DNA of 57,411 nucleotides from a virus (Duplodnaviria > Caudoviricetes), in IMG/VR virus record IMGVR_UViG_3300020001_000001, positions 1 to 57,411 of that record; one strand, written 5' to 3'. The position numbers and the translations under genes are program-made. This document shows, one piece after another, positions 8,986-17,043 of the stretch. How positions within the stretch are numbered: the first letter of the stretch is position 1; every line of letters begins with the position of its first letter. A model generated the notes under the pieces. The model searched no databases and had not been told where the DNA came from. It was given only the letters and a program-made list of their open reading frames with translations.

Positions 8986-9186
8986 ATGATACTACGCAGA
9001 GTTGACCGCTTACAGAAAAATGACCGCGTAAAACTTAACGCGCTCGTCTATCACGTACGTTTTATCGGCGGCGCGGAAACCGCAGGGTACACAGGAGTCC
9101 GTTTCGAGGCGGCGAACCGGGTCGGGACAGAACACGAAATCGCCGCCGTGCTTCAGAACGACGACTTGATCGAGGTCGTGATATGA
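8986..9186 (+). CDS. Hypothetical protein
   Basis: AAGGA RBS; ATGA coupling downstream. Confidence 0.55.
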   Translation: MILRRVDRLQKNDRVKLNALVYHVRFIGGAETAGYTGVRFEAANRVGTEHEIAAVLQNDDLIEVVI

Positions 9187-9440
9187 AGGCGCAACTCGCG
9201 ATGGACATGATGGCCCGCATGGCCGACGACTGGGGCGACACCGCCCAGGCCATGCTGTCCGTCACTATCGCCCTGGTGATGCGGAAGTTGGAAGTAACTT
9301 CCGTCACCGTTGCCCTGGACGAAGTTCGCGAAACGATGGACCGTTTCGCGATCATTCGGACGTACTCGGAGGTTGATGGGCGTCCGTACATGACTGTAAC
9401 TGTGGAGAAAAAGCGTGATACCGATCTACCAACAAGCTAA
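9183..9440 (+). CDS. Hypothetical protein
   Basis: Coupled ORF. Confidence 0.6.
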   Translation: MKAQLAMDMMARMADDWGDTAQAMLSVTIALVMRKLEVTSVTVALDEVRETMDRFAIIRTYSEVDGRPYMTVTVEKKRDTDLPTS

Positions 9441-9819
9441 AGACGATTGTTTCGCGGCGTGTATCGCGAGCCTTCTGCACTGTCCGCTCAGTTTCGTACC
9501 GCCGATGACGGCGGTATCTGACGTACGTCAGTACGACGGCAAACTGCAAAAGTGGCTGCACCAGTACATCCGCTGCGGCGGCTATGTGGAGTTTGGCTTC
9601 CCCGAGCCGCTGCCGGAACTTATGTCGCGTATGATGGTCAGCGCCGAAACCAGCTATTACATACTCACCGGCACGAACCGTGCCGCCGCCGCGCATTCGG
9701 TCGTCTGTCTCGGCGGTATGATCGCCCACGATCCGTCAGCCGAGCCGGGACACCACACGCTCGTCGGTCCGGTTAACGACGGTTTCTATCGCGTTGGTTT
9801 CTTGCTACTCGGTCCATAA
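9415..9819 (+). CDS. Papain/C39-like cysteine peptidase-fold protein
   Basis: QQ..DDCFAACIASLL ... HSVV......HDP putative Cys-His-Asp triad. Confidence 0.6.
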   Translation: MIPIYQQAKDDCFAACIASLLHCPLSFVPPMTAVSDVRQYDGKLQKWLHQYIRCGGYVEFGFPEPLPELMSRMMVSAETSYYILTGTNRAAAAHSVVCLGGMIAHDPSAEPGHHTLVGPVNDGFYRVGFLLLGP

Positions 9820-9828
9820 GCCAGCGAT

Positions 9829-9858
9829 TTGACAACTACCCCGCAGTTGTGCTTAAAT
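9829..9858 (+). promoter_or_regulatory. Sigma70-like promoter for ParB-like gene 2
   Basis: TTGACA ... GTTGTGC-TTAAAT. Confidence 0.55.
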
Positions 9859-9918
9859 AGACTTTCTGGCGGATCGTCCACCAGGAATAACCTTACCATT
9901 GATGAAAGCCCCCTTACC

Positions 9919-11076
9919 ATGGCTAAAGCAGCGAAGACGAAGCCTGTGGCCGCTACCAAGGCCAAAGGCCCGAGCCTGAAGATGATTGAGTTCACCGCCG
10001 CCGCGATCAAGGATGCTATTGCCGCGACCGGCGCCAAGAAGTCCGGGAAGTTACTTCTGGTCCCGCTGGACCAGATCACGGAGGCCCCCGGCTTCAACCT
10101 CCGTATCGACAACGAGAAGTACCGCGCAGGTATCGCGAAACTCGCCAAGTCGATTGAGGCGGAAGGCTTTTATGAAAGCCATCCGCTGTCGGGCTTCGCC
10201 GCCGAAATCGACGGCGCGGCGAAGATCGTCGTCATTGACGGTCATCGCCGGTTTCAGGCGCTACAGCAACTCGCCGCCAACGGTTTCGAGTTTGACGGTA
10301 TCCCCGTCGTGCTGAAGCCGGGAGACGCGGATAGCCTCGATCTGGCGGTCGCGCTGGACAAGGAAAACTCCGCCGAAGAACTGTCCATGCTGGAGCGGGC
10401 GGTGCTGGCGAAGCGTATGCTGACCGCGGGTCTTGCCCGCAAGGAGATTGCTGATCGCCTGGACTGTTCGGAGCGTCACGTTGGCGATCTCCTGGTCCTG
10501 ATCGACGCGCCGAAGGCCATTCGCGATCTCGTCCGCGACGGCAAGATCGCTGCATACGAGGCCATCGCCAAGATGCGCAAAGAAGGCGGCGCCGACAAAA
10601 TCCTCGAAGCCGCGGCCAAGGCTGACGAACTGGCCGCTGAGAAAGCGGAGAAGGCCACGAAGCTGACCAAGACGACGCTGGAAACGGGCGGCGTCAAACC
10701 GCCGAAACTCCAGGTCTTCAAGATGAACTTCAAGGCGACCGCCGGCTCGCCGTTCGAGTACGAAGACGTTGAACCGTTCCTCGGCCTGCTCGGCGACGAG
10801 GATTGGTTCAAGCCAGTCCGCAAGAAGTCGCAGCGGATGGCCCTGTCCGATATGCAGATCGAGGTCACGATCCGGCGCCCGAAGACGGACACCGAAGTCG
10901 AGGCCGAAGCCGACTCGAAGGTGGCGGCTGACGCGGCGAAACCGCCGAAGGCCGGTCGGAAGCAGCCCGCAGCGGACCCGGACCTGGACGACGACGATGG
11001 CGGTTTGGGCGACGACGACGGCGCCGTTGACCTCCGCGCCCTCGGCATCGCGGAACCCGCCAACGCGGAAATGTGA
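9919..11076 (+). CDS. ParB/RepB/Spo0J-like protein 2 (ParB N-domain, HTH, acidic tail)
   Basis: APGFNLR and IVVIDGHRRFQAL arginine patch; HTH GLARKEIADRLDCSERHVGDLL. Confidence 0.85.
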   Translation: MAKAAKTKPVAATKAKGPSLKMIEFTAAAIKDAIAATGAKKSGKLLLVPLDQITEAPGFNLRIDNEKYRAGIAKLAKSIEAEGFYESHPLSGFAAEIDGAAKIVVIDGHRRFQALQQLAANGFEFDGIPVVLKPGDADSLDLAVALDKENSAEELSMLERAVLAKRMLTAGLARKEIADRLDCSERHVGDLLVLIDAPKAIRDLVRDGKIAAYEAIAKMRKEGGADKILEAAAKADELAAEKAEKATKLTKTTLETGGVKPPKLQVFKMNFKATAGSPFEYEDVEPFLGLLGDEDWFKPVRKKSQRMALSDMQIEVTIRRPKTDTEVEAEADSKVAADAAKPPKAGRKQPAADPDLDDDDGGLGDDDGAVDLRALGIAEPANAEM

Positions 11077-11097
11077 TCGGAAGTTACTTCTGAAACG

Positions 11098-11123
11098 GAC
11101 GGGGCCGCGAGGTCCCGTCTTTT
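11098..11123 (+). terminator. Rho-independent terminator
   Basis: GACGGGGCC-GCGA-GGTCCCGTC-TTTT. Confidence 0.7.
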
Positions 11124-11139
11124 CGCGTTGGAGGCGAAC

Positions 11140-11418
11140 ATGAAAATCGAACTGTACGATACCGAGCGCAAGTTGATCGGCGCGGAAACACTACCCGCGG
11201 ACTTCGTTTGGTCGCTAGACGAAACCGGCACATTCCGAAACATCCAAACCCTGTCTGTGGAGATTACCGCGTACTCCTTGGGCGTGAGTTATTTTCTCGT
11301 GTGGGGCCACATTGGGGGTCCTCCGGTTTTGTCAGGACTGGTACATGGTCAAGACGACCCGTTATTCCCGACTAATCGTCTCGTGTTCGTGCCCGGTTCG
11401 ATGCGCGTTGGAGGCTAA
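11140..11418 (+). CDS. Hypothetical protein
   Basis: GGAGG RBS. Confidence 0.65.
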   Translation: MKIELYDTERKLIGAETLPADFVWSLDETGTFRNIQTLSVEITAYSLGVSYFLVWGHIGGPPVLSGLVHGQDDPLFPTNRLVFVPGSMRVGG

Positions 11419-11419
11419 C

Positions 11420-11617
11420 ATGAGCGACACGCTGTTCAGGATAGTCAGCCCGTTCGGTATCCGCTGGCTGCCGGTATTCCGCACCGAGGAAGCGGCGTGG
11501 AGTCGTATTCTCGGGGTGAAGCGTTTGGCCGATAACCCGGATAACCGCGCCGCGATACTGCGTGAGGGCTGGAAAATTGTGGAAGTTACTTCCGTCAACG
11601 GGATGAGGATCGGATGA
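11420..11617 (+). CDS. Hypothetical protein
   Basis: GGAGG RBS. Confidence 0.65.
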   Translation: MSDTLFRIVSPFGIRWLPVFRTEEAAWSRILGVKRLADNPDNRAAILREGWKIVEVTSVNGMRIG

Positions 11618-12342
11618 ACCAAGAACAAGCCTACGACTGGCTGAAAGGCCGAATGACGGGACCAACGAACGGCGCGCAAGCGACGCAACTGGCTACGCGC
11701 TTGAGCGCCGATCTCGCCAGACTCGTGAGCGGGCGCGCGACACAGGACCTGTATGGTTGGAGCGCCCGGCTGGAGAACTACGAATTTGAGACGGGCTTCC
11801 CCGGCTCGTTGTTCGTCTCTCCTGACGGGCGTCTTGTCGGCACCTGGATCATGGGTAACGACTACCGGGTCAAGTCGCAGTTCTACGGCGGGTATCCGGC
11901 GACCTACCTATCTCGCGTGCGGTCGCTGTTCCGCGACAAGAAACACGTTCTTCATTTGTTCTCGGGGATGGTTGACACCACCCTATATCCCGGTGACACG
12001 GTCGATCTGAATTTATCTCTGGCGCTGGCCCATCCAAAAGGCGGCACGCACTATACCGACGATGCGCAAACCCTTACCCGCGTGCCGCTGGAAAAGTATG
12101 ACCTCGTGTTGGCCGACCCGCCCTATTCGGTTGAGGACGCCGAACACTATCAGACAACGATGGTGAAACGGAATAAGGTCATGACGGCGTTGGCGAGGTT
12201 GCCGAGGGGCGCGCACGTCGTATGGCTCGACCAGGTACTGCCCATGTGGCGGAAAGACACATTCGACCTAACGGCGGTTGTCGGTATCGTTCGCAGTACA
12301 AACCACCGCTTCCGGGTTTGCAGCATTTTCAGAAAGAAGTAA
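11614..12342 (+). CDS. Putative amino (N6A/N4C) DNA methyltransferase
   Basis: SAM-binding LHLFSG and catalytic DLVLADPPY. Confidence 0.7.
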   Translation: MNQEQAYDWLKGRMTGPTNGAQATQLATRLSADLARLVSGRATQDLYGWSARLENYEFETGFPGSLFVSPDGRLVGTWIMGNDYRVKSQFYGGYPATYLSRVRSLFRDKKHVLHLFSGMVDTTLYPGDTVDLNLSLALAHPKGGTHYTDDAQTLTRVPLEKYDLVLADPPYSVEDAEHYQTTMVKRNKVMTALARLPRGAHVVWLDQVLPMWRKDTFDLTAVVGIVRSTNHRFRVCSIFRKK

Positions 12343-12376
12343 CTTCCGATACCTCGATACCACAAGGAGGGCTGCG

Positions 12377-12817
12377 ATGTCGCTCACGGCACGTCAGACA
12401 GATGTCCTGCGCTGCTTGCGCCTTGGGCTATCCGATAAAGAGATCGCCGCCACGCTTAACGTCGCGAAAGGCACCGTGAAATCGCATAAGGCGCTGCTGT
12501 TCCGCGCGCTCAACGTGACCAATCGCACCGCCGCCGCTATGCACTGGCTAACAACCAAAGGAGAAACCATGGACCCGCTGCCGCCAAAACCGTTTAACCT
12601 CACCGCGCGACGAACGGATGGCTACGTCGTGAACATTGTCGAGAGCGGCAAGGCTCTGTCTGTCACCGTGACGCGTACCGCTGACGACGTGAGTTGGCGC
12701 GGCGTTCGCGATACGGTGGAAGAAGCCGTATCGCTGGCGGCACGAATTGTCGTCGAGCAACAACTGATCCAACAAATGCACGAAGGGGATACTGACCGTG
12801 ATAGTTCTCGGGGCTGA
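12377..12817 (+). CDS. LuxR-family HTH transcriptional regulator with a C-terminal extension
   Basis: LTARQTDVLRCLRLGLSDKEIAATLNVAKGTVKSH...LNVTNRTAA; AAGGAGG RBS. Confidence 0.85.
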   Translation: MSLTARQTDVLRCLRLGLSDKEIAATLNVAKGTVKSHKALLFRALNVTNRTAAAMHWLTTKGETMDPLPPKPFNLTARRTDGYVVNIVESGKALSVTVTRTADDVSWRGVRDTVEEAVSLAARIVVEQQLIQQMHEGDTDRDSSRG

Positions 12818-13370
12818 TTTTTTCCACGCGGTTCGCGACAATCTGTTTAGCGGACGCCTGTCGCAATCTCAGGTTGACGGCATGTCGTTTATCGCGGATG
12901 CGTGGAACCTGAAGTACGCGGCCAACGATCCGCGCTGGCTGGCCTACGCGTACGCTACGTCTTACCTGGAGACGGCGCACACGATGCAGCCTATCGAGGA
13001 GTTCGGTAGGGGACACGGCTACCCGTACGGTGTGCCTGACCCGGTGACGCACCAGACGTATTACGGTCGAGGATACGTCCAACTTACATGGCTGGCCAAC
13101 TACCGCAAACTCGGCCAGTTGCTCCATCTCGATCTGGTCACGCATCCTGAAATGGCCCTCGATCCGCGAACCGCTGCGGCGATCATGTTTGAGGGCATGA
13201 TCGACGGCCTGTTCACCGGCAGGAAACTGGCCGACTATTTCAACTCGCACCGTAGCGACGCGTTCGGCGCCCGCCGCATCATCAACGGCACGGATCATGC
13301 CGGGGATATCGCGGACTATTACGGCGAGTTTTTGGACGCCCTGGCGGACCAGAAGTATACTTCCGATTGA
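12798..13370 (+). CDS. Glycoside hydrolase family 19 endolysin
   Basis: LAYAYAT...ET...MQPIEE; YYGRGYVQLTW..NY; ARRIING. Confidence 0.85.
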   Translation: MIVLGADFFHAVRDNLFSGRLSQSQVDGMSFIADAWNLKYAANDPRWLAYAYATSYLETAHTMQPIEEFGRGHGYPYGVPDPVTHQTYYGRGYVQLTWLANYRKLGQLLHLDLVTHPEMALDPRTAAAIMFEGMIDGLFTGRKLADYFNSHRSDAFGARRIINGTDHAGDIADYYGEFLDALADQKYTSD

Positions 13371-13371
13371 C

Positions 13372-13400
13372 TTGACACGATGACGGCGTTGTGCGATACT
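13372..13400 (+). promoter_or_regulatory. Sigma70-like promoter
   Basis: TTGACA-17 nt-GATACT, with GTTGTGC before the -10 element. Confidence 0.6.
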
Positions 13401-13428
13401 GCGGCTGGTGAAAAGGAGAACGGAAACG

Positions 13429-13893
13429 ATGGTTAACTATCTTACCGACACGCCGGATATCGTCAAGGGGCTTGTCCTGGCTCTCGACCACGCCATCGCG
13501 GCGCTGACCGAGGTCGCGGAACCGACCGCCGAGACGCTCGCCTCACTCGGCGTCGTGCGCAGCCTGCGCCAAGGTTACGCCGATTGGCTGGCGGATCAGG
13601 AGTCGGATGATTTCGGCTCGGTTCGCTCCAAGATGCTCCAGGCCGGGGTGGCCCCCGAAACCGTCAACAAAATAGAGGCCAAGATCGACCGACTCAGCGC
13701 GGAGACGGGGTTGCCGCGAAGCCGCGTGATACACGGGATTTGCGCCAATGTTGAACGTGATATGCGCCGCGCCGGGATGAACCCGGACGAGATGCGGCGC
13801 AAGATGCTCGACGCTGCCGAACGTGGTGACGCGGCGACGGCGGCGCGGCTCATCGCGGAGATGAACGCGGCCCTGGCGGCATTATCCAGATAA
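13429..13893 (+). CDS. Hypothetical helical protein
   Basis: AAGGAG RBS. Confidence 0.7.
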   Translation: MVNYLTDTPDIVKGLVLALDHAIAALTEVAEPTAETLASLGVVRSLRQGYADWLADQESDDFGSVRSKMLQAGVAPETVNKIEAKIDRLSAETGLPRSRVIHGICANVERDMRRAGMNPDEMRRKMLDAAERGDAATAARLIAEMNAALAALSR

Positions 13894-14060
13894 TGCCGAT
13901 AAGAACACGTTGTTGGGGTGGGAGATCGGTCGCCATGTGCCGCGCTCTGCTTGACGTGCCGGGTTCTCCGGCGCTGCCTCCCGGTCGAGTGCCCGGCTGG
14001 TCGTGCGCGAGTTGCGGCATTCCGCCCGGCACGCGAGGCTCAATACTAAAGGAACAGAAA

Positions 14061-14438
14061 ATGAAAGCGATACAGAAAATGAAAGCGATCTGGATCAATA
14101 CGCCGAAAGGCGAGATTACGTAGGTTGAGTACGCTGGCCTCGATGATTTGCAGCGTATGGTCGGGCGCGATACGTACACGACAATCGCCTTCGCCGGAGA
14201 GTTGAACGGCGATACGGTCTACGTGAACGACGAGGGTCTGTACGTGTTCGATTGTTTCTTCACTCTGCCGGGCTGCGGCCAAGGTCTGTTCGCCGGTCCC
14301 GGTGTGATCGTCGGAAAGGAGATCGGGCAGACAGCCAACACCCGTGATCCGAAAACTAAACTCGCGGAAGTTACTTCCGCCGTTAGGTTTCTTGACCGAC
14401 ACGAGGCTCGCGCGATGGTGAATAAACTCGGTATCTGA
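14061..14438 (+). pseudogene. DUF3846-like gene interrupted by an in-frame TAG (14121-14123)
   Basis: MKAIWINTPKGEIT*VEYAGLDDLQRMVG...DTVYVNDEGL...G.GVIVG reads through in one frame. Confidence 0.6.
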
Positions 14439-14451
14439 TACTACGGACACG

Positions 14452-14484
14452 AGAAAATGGCGGCTCTCGCGAGCCGCCCTTTTT
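14452..14484. terminator. Probably bidirectional terminator between convergent operons
   Basis: AAAAT-GGCGGCTC-TCGC-GAGCCGCC-CTTTTT. Confidence 0.75.
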
Positions 14485-14500
14485 GCCGTACACCGCGTTG

Positions 14501-14683
14501 TCAGGTTGCCGGTGTAGCGGCGACGGCGTCCTCCAGCGCCTGATCGAATTGCGCCTGTTCCTCCAGCGTCGGATCACGGTTCTCCGTGATAAGGGTCTTC
14601 ACGGTCGCGAGTGCCGTCATGAGCGACGGCACCTGACCAAGCAGCGCGATAGCCGCTTCGATGATGGGTAAAGCTGCAAGCAT
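14501..14683 (-). CDS. Small hydrophobic protein, lysis-cassette candidate
   Basis: AGGAGG RBS; amphipathic N-terminus. Confidence 0.6.
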   Translation of the reverse strand: MLAALPIIEAAIALLGQVPSLMTALATVKTLITENRDPTLEEQAQFDQALEDAVAATPAT

Positions 14684-14694
14684 ACGTTCCTCCT

Positions 14695-15027
14695 TCAGTG
14701 AACCGCCGCAGGCGCGACGGGGGTTTCAGTCGCGAGTCGCGACAGTACGGCGGTCAGCGCCGTAAGCGATACAGGCAAGCCGGCGTTGTTGTCGCGCTGG
14801 ACCTGTTTGAACGTGTCGTGCGCCGCGTGGATATCCGCGATCATCGGCGTCCGCACGGCGGGACTGGTACACGGCCCGGCCTTCAGGTTGAGACAGGTGT
14901 TCGCCGCGTTGACGGCGGCAGTCAGCGTGACCTCGACCGCCGCGATGTCGGCTTTGCTGACAGGTGCGCTGGGTGTGACATTTGTACCACACCCGACCAG
15001 GAACAAAATCAGAACAAGGGGCCTCAT
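14695..15027 (-). CDS. Lipoprotein, spanin candidate
   Basis: MRPLVLILFLVG-C lipobox; GGAG RBS. Confidence 0.6.
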   Translation of the reverse strand: MRPLVLILFLVGCGTNVTPSAPVSKADIAAVEVTLTAAVNAANTCLNLKAGPCTSPAVRTPMIADIHAAHDTFKQVQRDNNAGLPVSLTALTAVLSRLATETPVAPAAVH

Positions 15028-15097
15028 GGGCTTTACTCTCCGGGGTAGGGGTTTAGATGGGTCGAAAACGGGTCGATTTCGGGGGTAGGGCAGGCTT

Positions 15098-15556
15098 TCA
15101 GCCGAGGGTCGGTAGGGTAGGTGCAGCGGAAGTAGCCGCCGCCTGTACGGCCGCTCCAAGCCCCGGCGCGGGCAGGGTCTCCTGTATGACTTTTGGCAAA
15201 CGAGCCGCGATGACTTGCTGCACCGCAGCATTCGGCGTCGTGTCGTCGTGCGTGCCGTCGATGATTTGCGCCACACGGTCGGGGAACCTCTGGTGCATGT
15301 AGGCGGTCGCGGCAAGCAACACGTCTCGCATCGCGGCGCGCGTGATAACGCCGTCCGTGATGATCGACGGCACCGTCGCGATACCCGCGCCGATGGCCGT
15401 CCGAATTTCGGCCTCCATGTTAGCCTTGTCCTGCGCCGTCGCCTGGAGGCCGAACTTCGCCATGAGCACGGTAAGCATCTGCACGAGGTAGTACGTGACC
15501 GGAGCAGCGAGGGCCGTCAGGATCACCGGCAAAGCGTCGGCGAGATAAGTATTCAT
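15098..15556 (-). CDS. Holin-like membrane protein
   Basis: N-terminal TM segment; position next to the lipoprotein; AAGGAG RBS. Confidence 0.5.
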   Translation of the reverse strand: MNTYLADALPVILTALAAPVTYYLVQMLTVLMAKFGLQATAQDKANMEAEIRTAIGAGIATVPSIITDGVITRAAMRDVLLAATAYMHQRFPDRVAQIIDGTHDDTTPNAAVQQVIAARLPKVIQETLPAPGLGAAVQAAATSAAPTLPTLG

Positions 15557-15578
15557 GGGGCATCTCCTTTCAGGGGGT

Positions 15579-15613
15579 AAAGAAAAAGCCCTCCGATGCG
15601 ACACCGGAGGGCC
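15579..15613 (-). terminator. Rho-independent terminator
   Basis: GCCCTCCG-loop-CGGAGGGC-TTTTTCTTT on the minus strand. Confidence 0.7.
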
Positions 15614-15676
15614 AAGTCTGGTAGCACTAGGAGGTAGCGAGACGAATATACATGCGAAGTTACTTCGTGTCCAGTT

Positions 15677-16096
15677 TTATTCTTGGCGCCGGTCTTTTGG
15701 ACCGCTGCGCCGTTCGATCCCGTCCCAGGTTGCTTTTTGTTCTGCTACGAGATCGCTCGCGACCTTGATGGCGGTCCGTACGAGTTTATCGTTCGCAACT
15801 TCCGCCTCTCGCGCAATCGCCGGTCTGATAGTGTCCATGGCTTTCGCCACGATGGCGCGTCCCATACCGTTCGTGACGGCGTGCCCCATGTCCCGGATAT
15901 CGCTCTTTAGTTCGGCGCTGTTCGTGACCTGTCTCACTTGAACCGCGGTGAGCGCCTTTTCGTTTCGTGATGACGTGCGCGCGTTCAAGATGGACGCGAC
16001 CGAGGCAACGACGGAGGCGATGCTTGGGGGCAGCGACGCGCTTACCGCGATGATGATCGCGGCTCCGTGCTGGTCGAAAAATTCCATGAACGTCAT
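15677..16096 (-). CDS. Membrane protein (holin/antiholin candidate)
   Basis: N-terminal hydrophobic segment, charged C-terminus. Confidence 0.5.
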   Translation of the reverse strand: MTFMEFFDQHGAAIIIAVSASLPPSIASVVASVASILNARTSSRNEKALTAVQVRQVTNSAELKSDIRDMGHAVTNGMGRAIVAKAMDTIRPAIAREAEVANDKLVRTAIKVASDLVAEQKATWDGIERRSGPKDRRQE

Positions 16097-16139
16097 TGGA
16101 CAGTTTCCCGGCTATTTTAGTGTTCTCGGAAGTTACTTC

Positions 16140-16559
16140 TCATAGGCGTACGGCGAATGGCCGCATATGTTCCTTCTCTCGCGCCGCCATCATGCGGCGG
16201 CGTACTTCAGCGGCATCGAACTCAGGGTGCAGCCCGGCTACGGCTGACCTCTCGACGGCGTCGATCATGGCGCCCGCAACGCCGATGCCGCGCGGCTTGC
16301 CGAGTGTTGCGTCGCGCACCATGACGCCGGTCGTGACGACCTCGATACTCGTACGGCGTTCGGCCAGCCATGTTTCGGAATACGTTCGCAGCGCGGCGGG
16401 AATTGTCTGCATCTGACGACGAGCCATGTGCATCGTCGTCAGACACTCGTCATCCGTCTTTGGCTGTTCCAAGTGTGGAGAGACGTGTCGCCACAATTTA
16501 CGCATGGCGGTCACGTCCAACTCCATCAGACACCGACGGAACGCGGCGGCATGTCGCAC
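16140..16559 (-). CDS. Hypothetical protein (start uncertain)
   Basis: ORF following the tail-fibre genes. Confidence 0.6.
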   Translation of the reverse strand: MRHAAAFRRCLMELDVTAMRKLWRHVSPHLEQPKTDDECLTTMHMARRQMQTIPAALRTYSETWLAERRTSIEVVTTGVMVRDATLGKPRGIGVAGAMIDAVERSAVAGLHPEFDAAEVRRRMMAAREKEHMRPFAVRL

Positions 16560-16561
16560 GG

Positions 16562-16990
16562 CTAGTCCAGCGTGATCGTAGTGGACGTGCCGAGACGCGG
16601 GGTGACGCCGCTACCCGTGACGACGGACGGCGAGACTGCACCGGAGAACAAGATCGCGGCGGAACCGCCGCCCGTCTTGCCGGTCGAGGCGAACGTGACG
16701 GTGCCCGAGCCGCCGGTGCCAGCGGGGAAATCCACGCTCGCGGCTGGCGATGCGCTACCGCCAGTGCAGGTCCAGCCGCCTGACGTGCGCGCAACGGAGA
16801 CACGAGCGTAAGAGGTGTACCCGACCTCAGACGAGGCCATGGTACCGGAGTCTGTGGGATCGGCGGTGTGTAGCCCGACCGCGATGTTGGTCTGCGGCGA
16901 ACTGGCCGCGTTGTCCGCGTAGTTGGCCCAGGCCGTCGCGTTGAAGATCAGGGCCATTACTGCGGTTTCGGTGGCGTCAGCGATGCTCAT
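16562..16990 (-). CDS. Small beta-rich tail-fibre-associated virion protein
   Basis: VGLHTADP.....E..YTSYARVSV.R...GW motif common in phage fibre modules. Confidence 0.7.
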   Translation of the reverse strand: MSIADATETAVMALIFNATAWANYADNAASSPQTNIAVGLHTADPTDSGTMASSEVGYTSYARVSVARTSGGWTCTGGSASPAASVDFPAGTGGSGTVTFASTGKTGGGSAAILFSGAVSPSVVTGSGVTPRLGTSTTITLD

Positions 16991-17043
16991 GGTGAAGTTT
17001 CCTTGGGTTGGAGTTACGGTATAGCACGGAAGTTACTTCCGGT

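Noticed and set aside
1109-11076. Classical ParABS plasmid-prophage or integrative lysogeny module
   Set aside because: No ParA, plasmid Rep, protelomerase, integrase or CI-like repressor was recognised; lifestyle remains undetermined.
14121-14123. Genome-wide TAG stop-codon reassignment
   Set aside because: Only one internal TAG was found; conserved genes are intact in the standard code and several end in TAG.
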